DNA of 64,000 nt from Camelus dromedarius (lineage: Eukaryota): positions 99,946,001 to 100,010,000 of the forward strand of contig NC_087436.1 of the NCBI RefSeq assembly GCF_036321535.1, written 5' to 3'. The stretch's first letter is position 1. Each line of letters begins with the position of its first letter. Position numbers and translations under genes: made by a program. The notes beneath the pieces are model-generated. The model searched no databases. It was not told the DNA's origin and saw nothing but the letters and a program-made list of their open reading frames with translations. Of the stretch, positions 1 through 12,554 are shown piece by piece.

Positions 1-129
1 AAAATCCAGGAATAATATTTTTTAATGTTAAAAATATCAGAATGATTGTGAAAATAAATGAAGAATTGCTGAGCCAAGATGTGGAATATAATGAGAACCT
101 AGAGGTACATGCACTAGAATCCAATTTTT

Positions 130-1440
130 GCTATAAGGGCATTTGAAACAGTGAAAACACACTGAGCTGTGTAACAGCTGTAATAGCTGGGTAACAGACA
201 CTTGATGCTAGAGAAGCAAATTCAAAACCCAGCATCAGTCAAATCTGAGGACTTTTGATACAACCCAAATTTAAGTTGCGATCCCTCAAAGCAAAAGGGG
301 AAGCAGAAGTAAAAGAGTACAACCAGCCTAGCTTGTTTTCTATGAGGGCTGAGAAAGTCAAGCATTGAACTTGGAATATGATTGCCTTTCAGGGTCTCAG
401 ATGCAAAAGGAAATTTTGTCAAAAGGATGATCCCACTCTTATAGGTCATAATTATTCCCACCCCCCCAAAAAGTTTTAAATATTATGTCTTTGACACAGC
501 AAAAGGGAAAAACACACAAGGAAAGAAGATACTATTGGCAAGTTCCAGTAGAAACATGGCATAAAGATACTAAAGTAATCAGATACAAATTATAAAATGG
601 ACTATGCTTACTGTGCTCAAAAAAAAAAAAGTAAGGTATAATATATTTAATGGAAAGCTGGAAACTAAAAATGATGCCACAGAAAAAAATTATTAATGGA
701 CCAAGTAGGTATTCTATAACTTAAAGATATGACAGCTGAATTTAAGACAAAACAAAACAAAAACCAAAGCAAACTATAAAAATAAATACAAAAAGTTTGA
801 AACAAGCAACAGTTATAAAACTAAAATGGAGTAGACTTAAAAATACTAAAAGTACATTTGTAAAATATGAGGATCTCTTACAATTAAAAAAATACATGAA
901 ACCCAATGCTAAAATGTCAAAAGGTTTGAATATGTAATTTACAGAAAGAGTAATCCAAATGGCCCCTTGTATATGAAAATTATTTATCTGTATTGTGAAT
1001 CTGGAATACAAATTAAAAGAGACTATGAGATATCACTCCACATTCACTATATTGGCCAAAAGTAGAACTCTCTGGCAACAATGTGAAAGAATGGGCAGTG
1101 TCCATATTTACTGGTAGGAACTTTAGGTACGTTTGGAAATACTTAAAAAGCTTGATGACAATCATAACTTTTAGTTCACTCCTAGAAATACAGCATAAAA
1201 TTAAATGCATTTTTACACCAGGAGATGCATAAAGATGATTATAGTAGTTTTGTTTATAACAACCAAATAATACTGGAATATTTATATAATTGTATTATAC
1301 AGGAATTGATATGTATTTAATATTTATAATTAATTATTTATTAACAAACTGGGGAGTTGTGGAAAGGTGTAATTCAAAAGATAAATTCTGTGGTGCTGGC
1401 TATGTTCTATTTCTCAAGATGTGTCAGTCATATGAGTTTT
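130..1440 (+). mobile_element. Ancient, highly degraded LINE-1 (L1M/L1ME-like) fragments
   Basis: A-rich plus strand. 880-1260 resembles the L1 ORF2 3' end (…aaaatgtcaaaaggtttgaata…caaatggcccc…tatatgaaaa…caaattaaaa…ctatgagatatcac…). Boundaries approximate. Confidence 0.55.
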
Positions 1441-1445
1441 CAGTT

Positions 1446-1447
<2 letters not shown>

Positions 1448-1483
<36 letters not shown>

Positions 1484-1501
1484 ATGTGTATATATATATA
1501 T
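1448..1501. repeat. (TA)n microsatellite
   Basis: Directly visible TA run with a short interruption. Confidence 0.95.
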
Positions 1502-1954
1502 TTTTTTATATGCTTGGAGGTGGAAAAGCTTAGCTGAGGTCAGCTTACATAGGGTTTTCTATACTCTGCCAAGTAGTTTGAAGAACCATTGTATCAAACC
1601 TCAGTGGTCAAGCCTTCATTTGTTTCCTGAGCTTTCTAACATTTTCTTAGAGAGACCTGACCTGGAAATCTAGTCACTTTTATCTAGATACTTCCATTTT
1701 ACCAAAATTCTTTTTAAAACTGAGTGCCTAAAACTTAGAAAAATGTTCTGGTTGTTATCTCACCGGGGTGGGGTACAGTTGTTTCTATCAACTAGTGATA
1801 TCAATGTCTACATTAAATGTGTCACTTTTAATTCTTGTGGAACTCTTGGTTAAATGAATTTTCCAAGCTTCCTATAAATGAAGTTTTAAGCCATCAACAC
1901 ATGAATATAATTAAACAATTAAATGAAAACAAGCCAAGGATTTACAAAATATTA

Positions 1955-2170
1955 AATGTGTAGTGGAAATGGTACAGTTCTGAAATCATAAAGCCTATTT
2001 TGTGTGATGTTTTTACTAGCCATGTAATCATAAGCTAGTTTTCTAAATATTGTTAGCCTCAGTTTTCTCACCCATGAAGTAGTGATGATAATACTTACAC
2101 AGAGTTGTTGTGTGAGTTTGATAAACGATGGAACATGATAGATTCGTACCTGAGGCTAAAATGGTAGCTA
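1955..2170 (+). mobile_element. MIR SINE relic
   Basis: MIR core-like 'agcctcagttttctcacccatgaagtagtgatgataatacttacacagagttgttgtgtgag'. Confidence 0.65.
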
Positions 2171-5100
2171 TTTTCATACTTATAACTAATAATTCTTAAA
2201 AAAGTGATTAAATTTTCAAAATAATATTATTAATTTATATTACAAGGTACTGTGTTGACTATTCATAGGCACATATTTACCAAATATGTTTCATTCTAGT
2301 CTACTCTAAGAATGTACTTTCCATAATCCAATATAAACCTCCTTATGAATAATAATGGGTATAATGAATATCCTATCTGATTTTTCTTGTATTTATTTAC
2401 AGAGCAGTATCCTTCACTGTTGAATGTAAAGAAGCTTAAACAAGTCTGTCTTATTTCAAATTTGTATGGCACTTTCTTATGAAATTAGACTATAGAATTG
2501 TATAAAATAAGTTCATGCAGTTAATACATTTATCTTTGAAAAACCAGATGGACAATTTACTATTTTAGAGGAAGACTTTAAGTTTAAATCTTAAAAACAA
2601 GTTCTTTCAGCATTTTTTATAGTCTATCTTCCATGCTTCATAAATATTGCTTCAATCTAAACTAAGTAATATTTTGGTCACAGTATATGTAACTAAAATG
2701 GATTTTATATTCTATTATTTCATGGTTAGTTACAGTTTCTACTTTTTTACTTCCTTTTTTTGAAAAAACAGATTAATTCTAGGAAAAAAAGCTCCAGCTT
2801 TATTGAGAGACAATTGACATTAATGTGTAAGTTTAAGATGTACAATGTGATAATTGGATATACATATATATTTTGAACTAACATATAATAAGGTTAGTTA
2901 ACACATCTGTCACCTCATATAGGAACTCTTTTTTTATGGTAAAAACTTTTAATATTTACTCTGTTAGCAAATTTCAAGTATATAATACAGTATTTTTAAC
3001 TGCAGTCACCATGCTTTGTATTAGGCCCCCAAAACTTACTCGTATTATAACTGTAAGTTTGTTACCTTGGACCACCTGCACCCACCCCAACTCCTGGCAA
3101 CCACTAATTTACTGTTTCTATGAGATTGACTTTTCAATTTTTTTTAGACTTCACATATAACTGATATCATATAGCTTTTCTCTGACTTATTTTACTTAGT
3201 ATAATGCCTTCAAGGTCCATCCATGTTGTTGCAAATGACAGGATTCCTTTCTTTTTAATGGCTGAATAATATTTCTCTCTCTGTGTGTGTACTTTGTATA
3301 TACTCTTTTCTTTATTCATTCATCTGTCAATGAACACACAGGTTGTTTCCATATCTTGGTTGTAGTAAATAATGCTGCAATGAGCATGGGAGTGCAGGTA
3401 TTTCTCTAAGATAGCGATTTTATTTCCTTCAGATATATATCCAGAAGTGAGATTACTGGATCATACAATAGTTCTATTTTTAATTTTTTGAAGATTCTCC
3501 ATACTGTTTTCCATAAAGCCTAACCAAATTTATATTCCTACCACAGTGCACAAGGATACTCATTTCTCCACATCTTTATCAACACTTGCTATTTCTTAAC
3601 TTTTTGATAGTAGCTTCTCTAACAGATATGAGGTGATACCTCATTGTGGGTTTGATTTACTGTTCTCTAATGATTATTGATGCTGAACAACTTTCCCTGA
3701 ACCTGTTGAGCATCTGTAGGTCTTCACTGGAAGAATATCTATTCAGATTCTGTACCTGTTTTCCAAATTGTATTATTTGTCTTCTTGCTGTTGAATTGTA
3801 GAGTTCCTTATAAGTTATCACCCCTTATCAGATATAAGAGTTTCAAATATCTTCTTCCATTCTGTAGATTGTCTCTTTGTTCTATTCATCACTTATTTTA
3901 ATGTGCAGAAGGTTTTAGTTTGAATGTAGCCCCACATATTTATTCTGCTTTTGTTGCAATATCCAAAGACATATTGCCAAGTCAAATGTCAAGGAGATTT
4001 TTCCATATGTTTACTCATAGGAGTTCTGGATTTTCAGGTTTTGTATTTAAGTCTCTAATCTATTTCAAGTTAATTTGTATGACTAGGACAGTTTTATTCT
4101 TTTGCATGTTGATATTCAATGTATTAAACATTATTTATTAAAGAGACTGTATTTTTCTCATTGAGTATTCTGGTTTCCTTGTCAAATATTGTTTGAGTGT
4201 ATATGCAAGAGTTTAACTCTGGACATTTGATTCTTTTGCATTGGTCTGTGTGTCTTTTTTTATGACAGTACCATACTATTTTGTATACTGTATTTTTGTA
4301 TTATAGTTTCAAATCAGGAATTGTGGCACCTCAGATTTGTTCTTCTTTCTCAAAATTGCTTTGTCTATTTGGGATATTTTGTGGTTCTATACAAATTTTA
4401 GGATTCATTTTTATATTTCTGTGAAAAGTAACATTGGAATTTTGATACTGAATCTGCAAATGGCTTTTGGTAATATGAACATTTAAACAATATCAATTCT
4501 TAAAATTCATGACCATAGATAATCTTTCTGTTTATCTATGTTCTTCTTCAATTTTTTTAATCAATGTCATAATTTTCAGTATACAAATCTTTTACATCCT
4601 TGGATGAATTTATTCCTTAAGTATTTTATTGTTTTTTTATGTTATTAATTAGATTGTTTGCTTTATTTTTCAGAAAATTCATTATTAGATTATACAAATG
4701 TTTATGATTTTTATATGTTGATTTTTTTTAGCCTTTACCTTTCCTGGATTTGTTTATTAGTTTTCATAGTTTTTTAGTAAAATCTTTAAAATTGTATACA
4801 TATAAGATTATGTCACCTGCAAATTAAGGCAATTATACTCCTGACTTTTTTATCTAAGTGGCTTTTATTTTCTTTTTTGCCTGATTTCTCTGACTAAGAT
4901 GTTCAGTGTTACATGGAATAGGAGTAGGGAAAGTAGGCACCCTTATCTTGTTACTGATCTTAGAGAAAAAGCTCTCAACCTTTTTCCATTGAGTATTTTA
5001 GCTGTGGACCTGCCATATATGGCCTTCATGGCACATTCCTTCTATACTCAATTTGTTGAGTGTTTTTATCATCAAAGGATGTTGAATTTTTCAAATACTT

Positions 5101-5931
5101 TTTTCTGAATCTATTGAAATGATTATATGATTTATACCTTTTATCCTGTTAATGTGATTTATTATAATTTTTGATTTGTGTATATTGAACCAACCTTGTA
5201 TCCCAGAGATATATTCCACTTGATCGTTTTGTATGATATTGTAATGTGCTGCTGAATTCAGTTTACTAGTATTTCTTTTTTTGAGAATTTTTGCATTTTA
5301 TATTCACCAGGGATATTATCCTGTAGTTTTCTTTTATTACAATATCCTCATCTAGTTTTAGTAATATGATAATTCATGCCTTGTAAAGTGAGTTTGAGAG
5401 TGTTCCCTCCTCTTCAATTTTTTGGAAGAGATTGAGAAGTAATGCTATTATTTTTTCTTTAAATCTTTGGTAGATTTCACTGTAGAAACTATCTAGTCCT
5501 GGATTTTTCTTTGTTGGAAGGTTTTTGATTACTGATTTAATCCTTACTCATTATTGATCTGTTCAGATTTTCAATTTTTGAAAATGAGTCAGTCTTTATA
5601 TGTTTAGTGTGTCTAGGAATTTGTTGATTTCTTATACTTTGTCCAATGTTGATGTAGTTGTTAATAATAGTCTTTTTTGATCCTTTGTGTCTCTGTGCTA
5701 TTTGTTGTAATGTCTCCTCTTCCATTTCTGATTTTATTTGAGTCCTTTCATGTTTTTCTGAGTTAGTCTAGATAAAGGTCTGTCAATTTTATTTAGCTTT
5801 CAAAAACCATCTCTTAGTTTTGTTAATTTTTGTATTGTTCTCCTTTTCTCTAGTTCATTTATTTTTGCTCTAATCTTTCTTTTCCATTCTTCTGCTAACT
5901 TTGGGCTTAGTTCTCCTTTTTCTAGTTTGTT

Positions 5932-6082
5932 TTCTTTCTTTCTTTCTTTCTTTCTCCCTTCCTTCCTTCCTTCCTTCCTTCCTTCCTTCCTTCCTTCCTT
6001 CCTTCCCTCCTTCCTTCCTTCCTTCCTTCCTTCCTTCCTCCATCCCTCCCTCCCTTCCTTCCTTTCTTTCTTTGTTTCTTTC
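5932..6082. repeat. (CTTT)n/(CCTT)n tetranucleotide microsatellite (SINE tail)
   Basis: Directly visible. Confidence 0.95.
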
Positions 6083-6191
6083 TTGACTGATTGATTCATT
6101 GATTGATTCTTAGAGGAGGTACTGGGGATTGAATCCAGGACCTCATGCGTGCTAAGCACACACTCTTACCACTTGAGCTATACCCTCCTCC
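5932..6191 (-). mobile_element. tRNA-derived SINE (camelid Vic-1-like) with expanded (GGAA)n/(GAAA)n tail
   Basis: rc of about 6113-6191 reads GGGAGGAGGGTATAGCTCAAGTGGTAAGAGTGTGTGCTTAGCACGCATGAGGTCCTGGATTCAATCCCCAGTACCTCC, with A and B boxes. 10-bp TSD CTAGTTTGTT at 5922-5931 and 6192-6201. Confidence 0.9.
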
Positions 6192-6856
6192 CTAGTTTGT
6201 TGATGTGTAATATTAGATTGTTTACTTGAGGTCTTGCTTTTTGATGTATGCATTTATAGTTACAAACTTTCTTTCTAGAACTGCTTTTGCTACCTCCCTT
6301 AAGTTTTGGTATATCTTGTTTCTATTCTTGCTTGTCTAAATATATTTCTTTGTTTCCATTTTGATTTATTTTTTTTGATCCATTGGTTGTTCAAGAATGT
6401 GTTATGTATTTCCATGTATTTCTAAAATTTTCAGAATTCATCCTGTCATTGATTTCTAGTTTCATAACATTGTGGCTGGAAATGATTCTTGGTATATTTT
6501 CTATCATCTTGAATTTTTTGAGTTTTTTGTTTTGTTTTTTTTTTTAGTGTGTGTGGCCTAACATGTGATCTATCCTAGAAAATGTTTTATGTGAGCTTGA
6601 GAAGTTCATTGCTGTTGGATGGGATGCTCTGTGTAAATCTGTTAGGTTCATTTGGTTTATTGTTGTTCAAATCTGCTGTTTATCATTTCTCTGTCTGGGT
6701 AATCTATGTATTATTGAGAATGGGGTAATAAATTCCCCCACTATTAGTGTATTGCTGTTTATTTCTCCTTTTAATTTTCTTAATATTTGTTTTATATATT
6801 TATGTGCTCTGGCATTGGGTACATAAATATTTACAATTATTACATATCTTGACAAA

Positions 6857-6891
6857 TTGATGACCACTTTTTTTTTTTTGATGACCACTTT
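6857..6891 (-). mobile_element. Solo poly(A) insertion flanked by a 14-bp duplication
   Basis: TTGATGACCACTTT at 6857-6870 and 6878-6891, separated only by T7. Confidence 0.7.
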
Positions 6892-7722
6892 ATTATTATC
6901 CAGTGACCTTGTTTGTCTCATGACCCTTTTAGCAGCAAATTTATTTTATGTAATATGAGTCTTACTAACCCTGCCTGTTTTGGTAATCATTTGCTTGAAA
7001 TATCTTTCTCTATCCTTTTACTCTCTGCCTGTGTGTGTTCTCAAATCTACAGTGAGTCTCTTGTATGTAACAAATGCTAGATCTTGGTTTTTTATCCATT
7101 CAGCTAATCTTTGTCTTTTGACAGGATAATTTAATCCATTTAGCTTTAAAGTAATTATTGATAGGAGAGGATTTAGGATTATCTTTCCTGTAATTGTTTT
7201 CTGACTGTTTTGTAGATCCTTTTTTTCTTATTTCCTCTCTGTTTTTGTTTGTGATAGAATGACATTGTGGCAGTATACTCTGACTCCTTTATCAAAATCT
7301 TTTGAGTATTTACTTCATGTTTTTTTTTGTGGTTACCATGAGGCTAACATAAAATATTGTATAGTTGTAACATCCTATTTTAAGCTGATAATAACTTAAT
7401 TTCCATAGTATGCAGAAACTTTATACTTCTTCCCCCATTACATAAGGTTACTGATGTTACAATTTTGATTTTTTTGTGTAACCAGTAAAAAATTATTCTA
7501 GTTACAGTTATTTTAACAGGTTTATTTTTAACTTTTAAGGTGAGCTATAAATTATTTACATACCACCATTACAATAGTAGTGAAATTTGATGTTGACTAT
7601 ATTTACTTTTAATGATCTATTTTATATATTCATATATTTTACCATGTCATCACCCTTTCATTTCAGCTTGTAGAATTCCCTTTAGCTTTTCTTGTAAGGC
7701 AGGTCTAGTGTTGATAAACTCT

Positions 7723-8061
7723 GTTTGTTTTGTTTTGTTTTGTTTTGTTTTTGTTTTTTTAAGTGAAGTATAATTGATTTACAATGTTGTGTTAATTTTT
7801 GGTATACAGCCTAGTGATTAATATATATGACTTCTCATATTCTTTTTCATTATAGGCCATTACAAGGTATTGAATATAGTTCCCTGTGCCATAGAGTAGG
7901 GTCTTGCTGTTCATCTGTTTTATATATAGTAGTTAGTATGTAAAAATCCCAAACTCCCAATTTATCCCTCCCTACCTATTTTATCCCTGGTAACCGTAGT
8001 TTGTTTTCTACGTCTGTGAGTCTGTCTCTGTTTTGTAAATAAGTTCATTTGTTTCCTTTTT
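7723..8061 (-). mobile_element. 5'-truncated younger L1 3' end (about 340 bp) nested in the old L1
   Basis: (GTTTT)n tail, then 'gaagtataattgatttacaatgttgtgttaat…tcccaatttatccctccc…'. AACTCT is duplicated at 7717-7722 and 8062-8067, and the host L1 reads through once the insert is removed. Confidence 0.85.
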
Positions 8062-10329
8062 AACTCTCTCAGCTTTTAATTATTTGGAAAAGTATTTATC
8101 TTTCTTTTTTTCTTAAAAATAGCTTTATTATGTGTAGTATTCATGATTGACAATTTTCTTTAATATTTTGAATTTTTCATTCCATTCTCTCCTCTCCTGC
8201 AAAATTTCTGCTGTGAAAGCCACTGATAGTCTTTTGGGGGCTCCCTTATATGTGAAGAGTATCTTCTCTTGCTGCTTTCAAAATTCTTTCTTTATGTTTT
8301 ACTTTGACAATTCAATTGTAATGTGTCTGGGTGTAGCCCTTTTTGAGTTCAATCTTTTGAGCCTCAATGGACGCCTGAATTTCTTTTTATCTTCTCCTTC
8401 TGGGATTTCCGTAATGTACATATAATTTCTTATGATGGTTTCTGTAAACCCTTTAGGCTTTCTGTACTTTTTTGTTGTTACTCTTTTTCCCTTTTTCTCC
8501 TCTGACTGAAAAATCTCAAATAATTTGTCTTCAAGTTCACTGATTCTTTCTTCTGCTTGTTAAAGTCTACTGTTGAAGTTCTTCATTGAATTCTTTAGTT
8601 CGGTTATTATGTTTCTCAGCTCTAACATTTCTTTTTATAATATAATTTCTTTATTTTTAGTGAACTTTTCTTTTTCAAGCATTGATTTTCTAATTTTGTT
8701 TAGTTGTTAGCCTTTGTTCTTATATTTTGCTGAGCTTTTAAGAGGATTATTCTAAATTATTCATCAGCTAGATCATAGATCTTCATTTCTATATTATCAG
8801 TTATTGTAGCTTTAATAGTTTCCTTTGGAAATGTTATGTTTGCCTGATTCTTCATGATCTTTGTAGCACTTCATTGGTATCTGTGTAGTTGAGTATGAGG
8901 TCTCCTCTTCCAGATTTTATAGGTTTGTTTTAGCAGTGAAAGACCTTCTCCAGTCAGATCATTGGAGGATACTGGATAGATCAGCAGAAAGCATTCATGG
9001 CAAGTGGGTCTTTCTATTGTGCTCTCTATATGGGCACAGCCACTGCCTGTGCTCTGAGGTTTGAGGGAGTTACCTTGACTGGGCTTTGTGTTCAAGTAGG
9101 GCCAATGAATGGGCTCACTGCTCATGTGGGACTACTGGCTGTGTTCTGCAGTCACATGAGGCAACTCCCTGGGCTCTGAAATCACCTCTGGTTGGGTTGA
9201 ATCTCAAACTGTGTTCTCTTGAAGGGTGGTGCTACTGGTTGGATTCCATGATAAAGCAAGGATATGGCTCTGTTATTGCAACCAGTTGGGTGAAGCCTCA
9301 AGTTGTGCTCCCTGATTGGATGATTCAGTTGGCTGAATTCAGTATTCAGTTAGGGCTGTAAGCTGTGTTTTATGCTCAGATGGGTTTTCAGGCTATGGTT
9401 TGCAACCAGTTGGGCCAGCAGGCTCTATGTCAGCATCAGGATGAGTTGCAGGCTGGGCTTTGTCATCAGATAAACTATTGGCTGTCCTCCACTGTTGAGT
9501 GGCATTGCTGGTTCGGCTCAACTATCAGGTAGGGCCTCCATCTATACTTCACAGTTGGGTGGGGCTAGGGACTGTGCTCTGTAGTTGGGTGGGATCACTG
9601 TCCAGGCTCTCTGAATAGGTTGGGCCACAGACAATGCTCTGTAGTTGGGCAAGGTCAATGGCTGGACTCCTCGCCTAGGTGAGTTGCAGGGTGTGTTCAG
9701 CTATCAGGCAGGGCTGTAGTCTGGTCTCTGCTACTAGTGGGCCTTTAGGCTGTGTTCAGCCATTCTGGGAGGACCATTTGCAGAGCTTTGCTGCTGCGTA
9801 GGGCTGTAAACTCTGTTCTATGGCTGGGCAGTACTAGAGTTAGGCTCTGAGGGTGCTCTGTCTACTTTGCGTTCTCTTTTTCCCATTGAGGAAACTGTAG
9901 GCCTAGGTGGGCACTCTAGGGACAATATGGTAAAACTGGAACTATTCCTCTTACGCTTCTAATGTGGTCCTTTTTGTTCTCTACTGCCTAGGGCATTTCT
10001 TTAGCCTTAACCCTGCATTCTGGGACTTTCACAATGGTGTCTTATCTATGGGTAGTTGTTAATTGGTCTACTTGTGAGAGGAACTGAAGTCAGGAACAAC
10101 CTATGTTGACATCTTGATGACAACACTGTACCCCCCCAACTTTATGAAACTTTTCTTTAGCTGATATTTAACTATATCATATTGTTTTTCTGCTAGTAGG
10201 CATGCCAGTTTTGCTGTCTTTAATTTTTAAGTTTTTATTTCTCTTTAATATCATTATTATTTATATATTTTTTCAATTTTATAAATGCTGCTATGTTTGT
10301 GGTTTCGAGGACAGAAATGAATTTTAAAG

Positions 10330-10425
10330 TCTAGATCATATGCTACATGATGGCAGGGATTTCTTTTGTTCATCACACACAAAAACTGGCACTAAGTGAA
10401 TCTTTGTTGATTGAATGAGTGAATT
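10330..10425 (+). mobile_element. L2 3' terminus relic
   Basis: 'ggcagggatttcttttgttcatc…ctggcac…tctttgttgattgaatgagtgaat'. Confidence 0.55.
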
Positions 10426-11269
10426 ATGTGTTCTGACACTAGCAGAGCTTACAGAAGCAGAGATGAAGCAGAAAACATAATGACTGTCAAATGGGTGAAC
10501 TTGAAGATGAAAAGACTTTTAGCTTAGTTACTTTGATATGCACTCTGTGGCTAACACTCCAATTTTGCATGAATTTTTGGAATGGAAACAACTCCACTCC
10601 TAAATAATAAATTTATTAATTGCACTCCTTATGAGTCCTGACAGCAGTCAGCTTTGTGGGTTTCTGATTCCATTCCAAGGGGTTGAATGTCTCTGTGATT
10701 TATGTAATAGGCAGCAGTGTCATGAGGAAAGACTTGTAGGATAAAACTTCTTAAAGACAGAAACACAGATGGCTGCCTGTGGAGTGTGTGGTGGGTGTTA
10801 ATGGAAATGCTTACAACAGTGAGGGAAGGGCAGAAAACAAACACAGGAAAGGTGCCCTGGGTGTTGTTTTTTTTTTTTTTTTTAATAGATACTATTTTTT
10901 TCCTCATGAAAATTTTCTAACTCATTTTACTCTAACAACCACAAACACTTAGGATACTATGAACACAGTATGGGTATTAAAGAATAAAAACAAACTAACA
11001 AAAAGTTGAGTAAATGCTTAGGGTTCATCATTCATTTCAGCCATGTTTGTCTTTGCTTAACTGCTTATTATTGAAATTACATACTCTGGTTTATGAAAGC
11101 TATGTGCTGAGATCAAGCTATTAAACCAACATGAAGGAAGGGTCTTATACAATTTTATATATCACCATTTAGATTGTCTATTTGGCTGTCTCCTGAAAAT
11201 TCTCAGCTCATAAATGTTTGTACACTAAGCCACCAAATATGTAGTACAATCATACTCACTGGATAATTA

Positions 11270-11587
11270 TAGGCACACTGTGGACATTTTGTGAGTTTGG
11301 TTCCAGACCACTGCAGTAAAGTTAATATGGCAATAAAGCAAGTCACACTAATTTGTGGGTTTCCCAGTGCATATAAATGCTATGTTTATACCATACTGTG
11401 GTCTATTAAGTGTGCAATAGAATTATGTCTAAAGAACAAGGTACATACCTTAATAAAAAATACTCGATTGCTTAAAAAATGCTTACCATTATCTGACAAC
11501 ACAAGATTGTCACAAAACTTCAATTTGTAAAAAATGCAATATCTACAGACTGCAATAAAGTGAATCACGATAAAATGAGGTATGCTT
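11270..11587 (+). mobile_element. Internally deleted Tigger1 DNA transposon (Tigger1a-type MITE, TcMar)
   Basis: Left end 'TA-taggcacac…ggttccagaccactgcagtaaag…' is joined to the right end '…cacaaaacttcaatttgtaaaaaatgcaatatct…taaaatgaggtatgct-TA'. Both match Tigger1 termini, with TA target sites. Confidence 0.85.
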
Positions 11588-12554
11588 ATTCTTAGTTTCC
11601 TACCCTACTTTGATCCTACCTAATTGTTCAATGTCTTCCATGCTTTTACCCCTTATTTTCCACAAATACCAATTCATCACATGTTAGGTAAAGTAAAACA
11701 AAGAGTAATGGCTGTTAGCAGAAAGAAGTATTAGGTGATTTGGTAACATTTTTGTGAGACATTATCATATAATAGGCAAAGTATTTCCATAACATCATCC
11801 TAAAACCTTCATGTAATGCTGCATAATTATTCAGCTTTAATCAAAACTTCATAAAGTCTTTCTTTATACTTTTTTTTTTCCAATTCACAAGTTAGCCTTT
11901 CATGTCCCTTCCAAAGTTTACTCATTTTATGTAATAGCTGGTTTGTCTGCCCAGTACAATCTTATTTAATTTATTGCTCTGGTAGTATAAATGGATAGAA
12001 AAGTAATATTTTATAATATAGGGCTTTGTCCTCTCTTTTCTACAGAGTATATGAAGTCACTCTTTGGTCAGAGATCTAAGCAGGAGGTCTGCTTTGATGA
12101 AAGATGAAATTGATGAAAAACAAACAACGTAATTGTTCTAATCCTTTCTTGTAGTATCATTTTCAGGAACTACAAAAGCAAAGCCATACAAGTTTTTTTT
12201 TTTCTTTTTTAAGTTAATATTCAATTTACTGTTTGATTATAATCCCTTAAACTTGTCGGGTGCTGTGGACATAAATCCAAAGAAATACTTCTGACAGCAA
12301 TTCAAGATGTTGCCCTGTAGAAATTTCACTGGTAGAAAGTCTCAGCCTATAGCATAGGTGAGTCTTGGACTCAGATATGTTTATGTAGAATTTGCTAATT
12401 GTTAAGGCAGTCGTCCCAAATAGACCCACACTTATGTGCTATTTGGCTTCCCATGTTAACCAATCTCATGCATCTGATTTTTCTCTCTATAGCTTATATT
12501 CATAAACTCTGCATTCCATTCATCCAGCAAATATGCCTTTAGGAACACATTTTT

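Larger units (their letters stand above)
2795..10130 (-). mobile_element. Apparently full-length old LINE-1 (L1MA/L1M-like), ORFs decayed, carrying nested insertions
   Basis: 3' end at about 2795 ('cagctttattgag' = rc of the polyA-signal end). Antisense ORF2 runs about 3200-7200, spacer/ORF1 about 7200-8900, and a more GC-rich 5' UTR about 8900-10130 ending in 'ctatgttgacatcttgatgacaacac' (rc of an L1 start of the type 'gtgacgtca..aagatggcg'). Minus-strand ORFs at 6667-6921 (IVNIYVPNARAHKYIKQIL…IVGEF, endonuclease-like) and 5537-5725 are ORF2 remnants. Confidence 0.85.

Noticed and set aside
1660..1800. Possible L3/CR1 relic (also about 38420-38580)
   Set aside because: Similarity too weak to support by eye.
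5800..6159. 119-aa ORF with EGRK repeats
   Set aside because: Read-through of the SINE, its (GGAA)n tail and host L1 ORF2 remnant.
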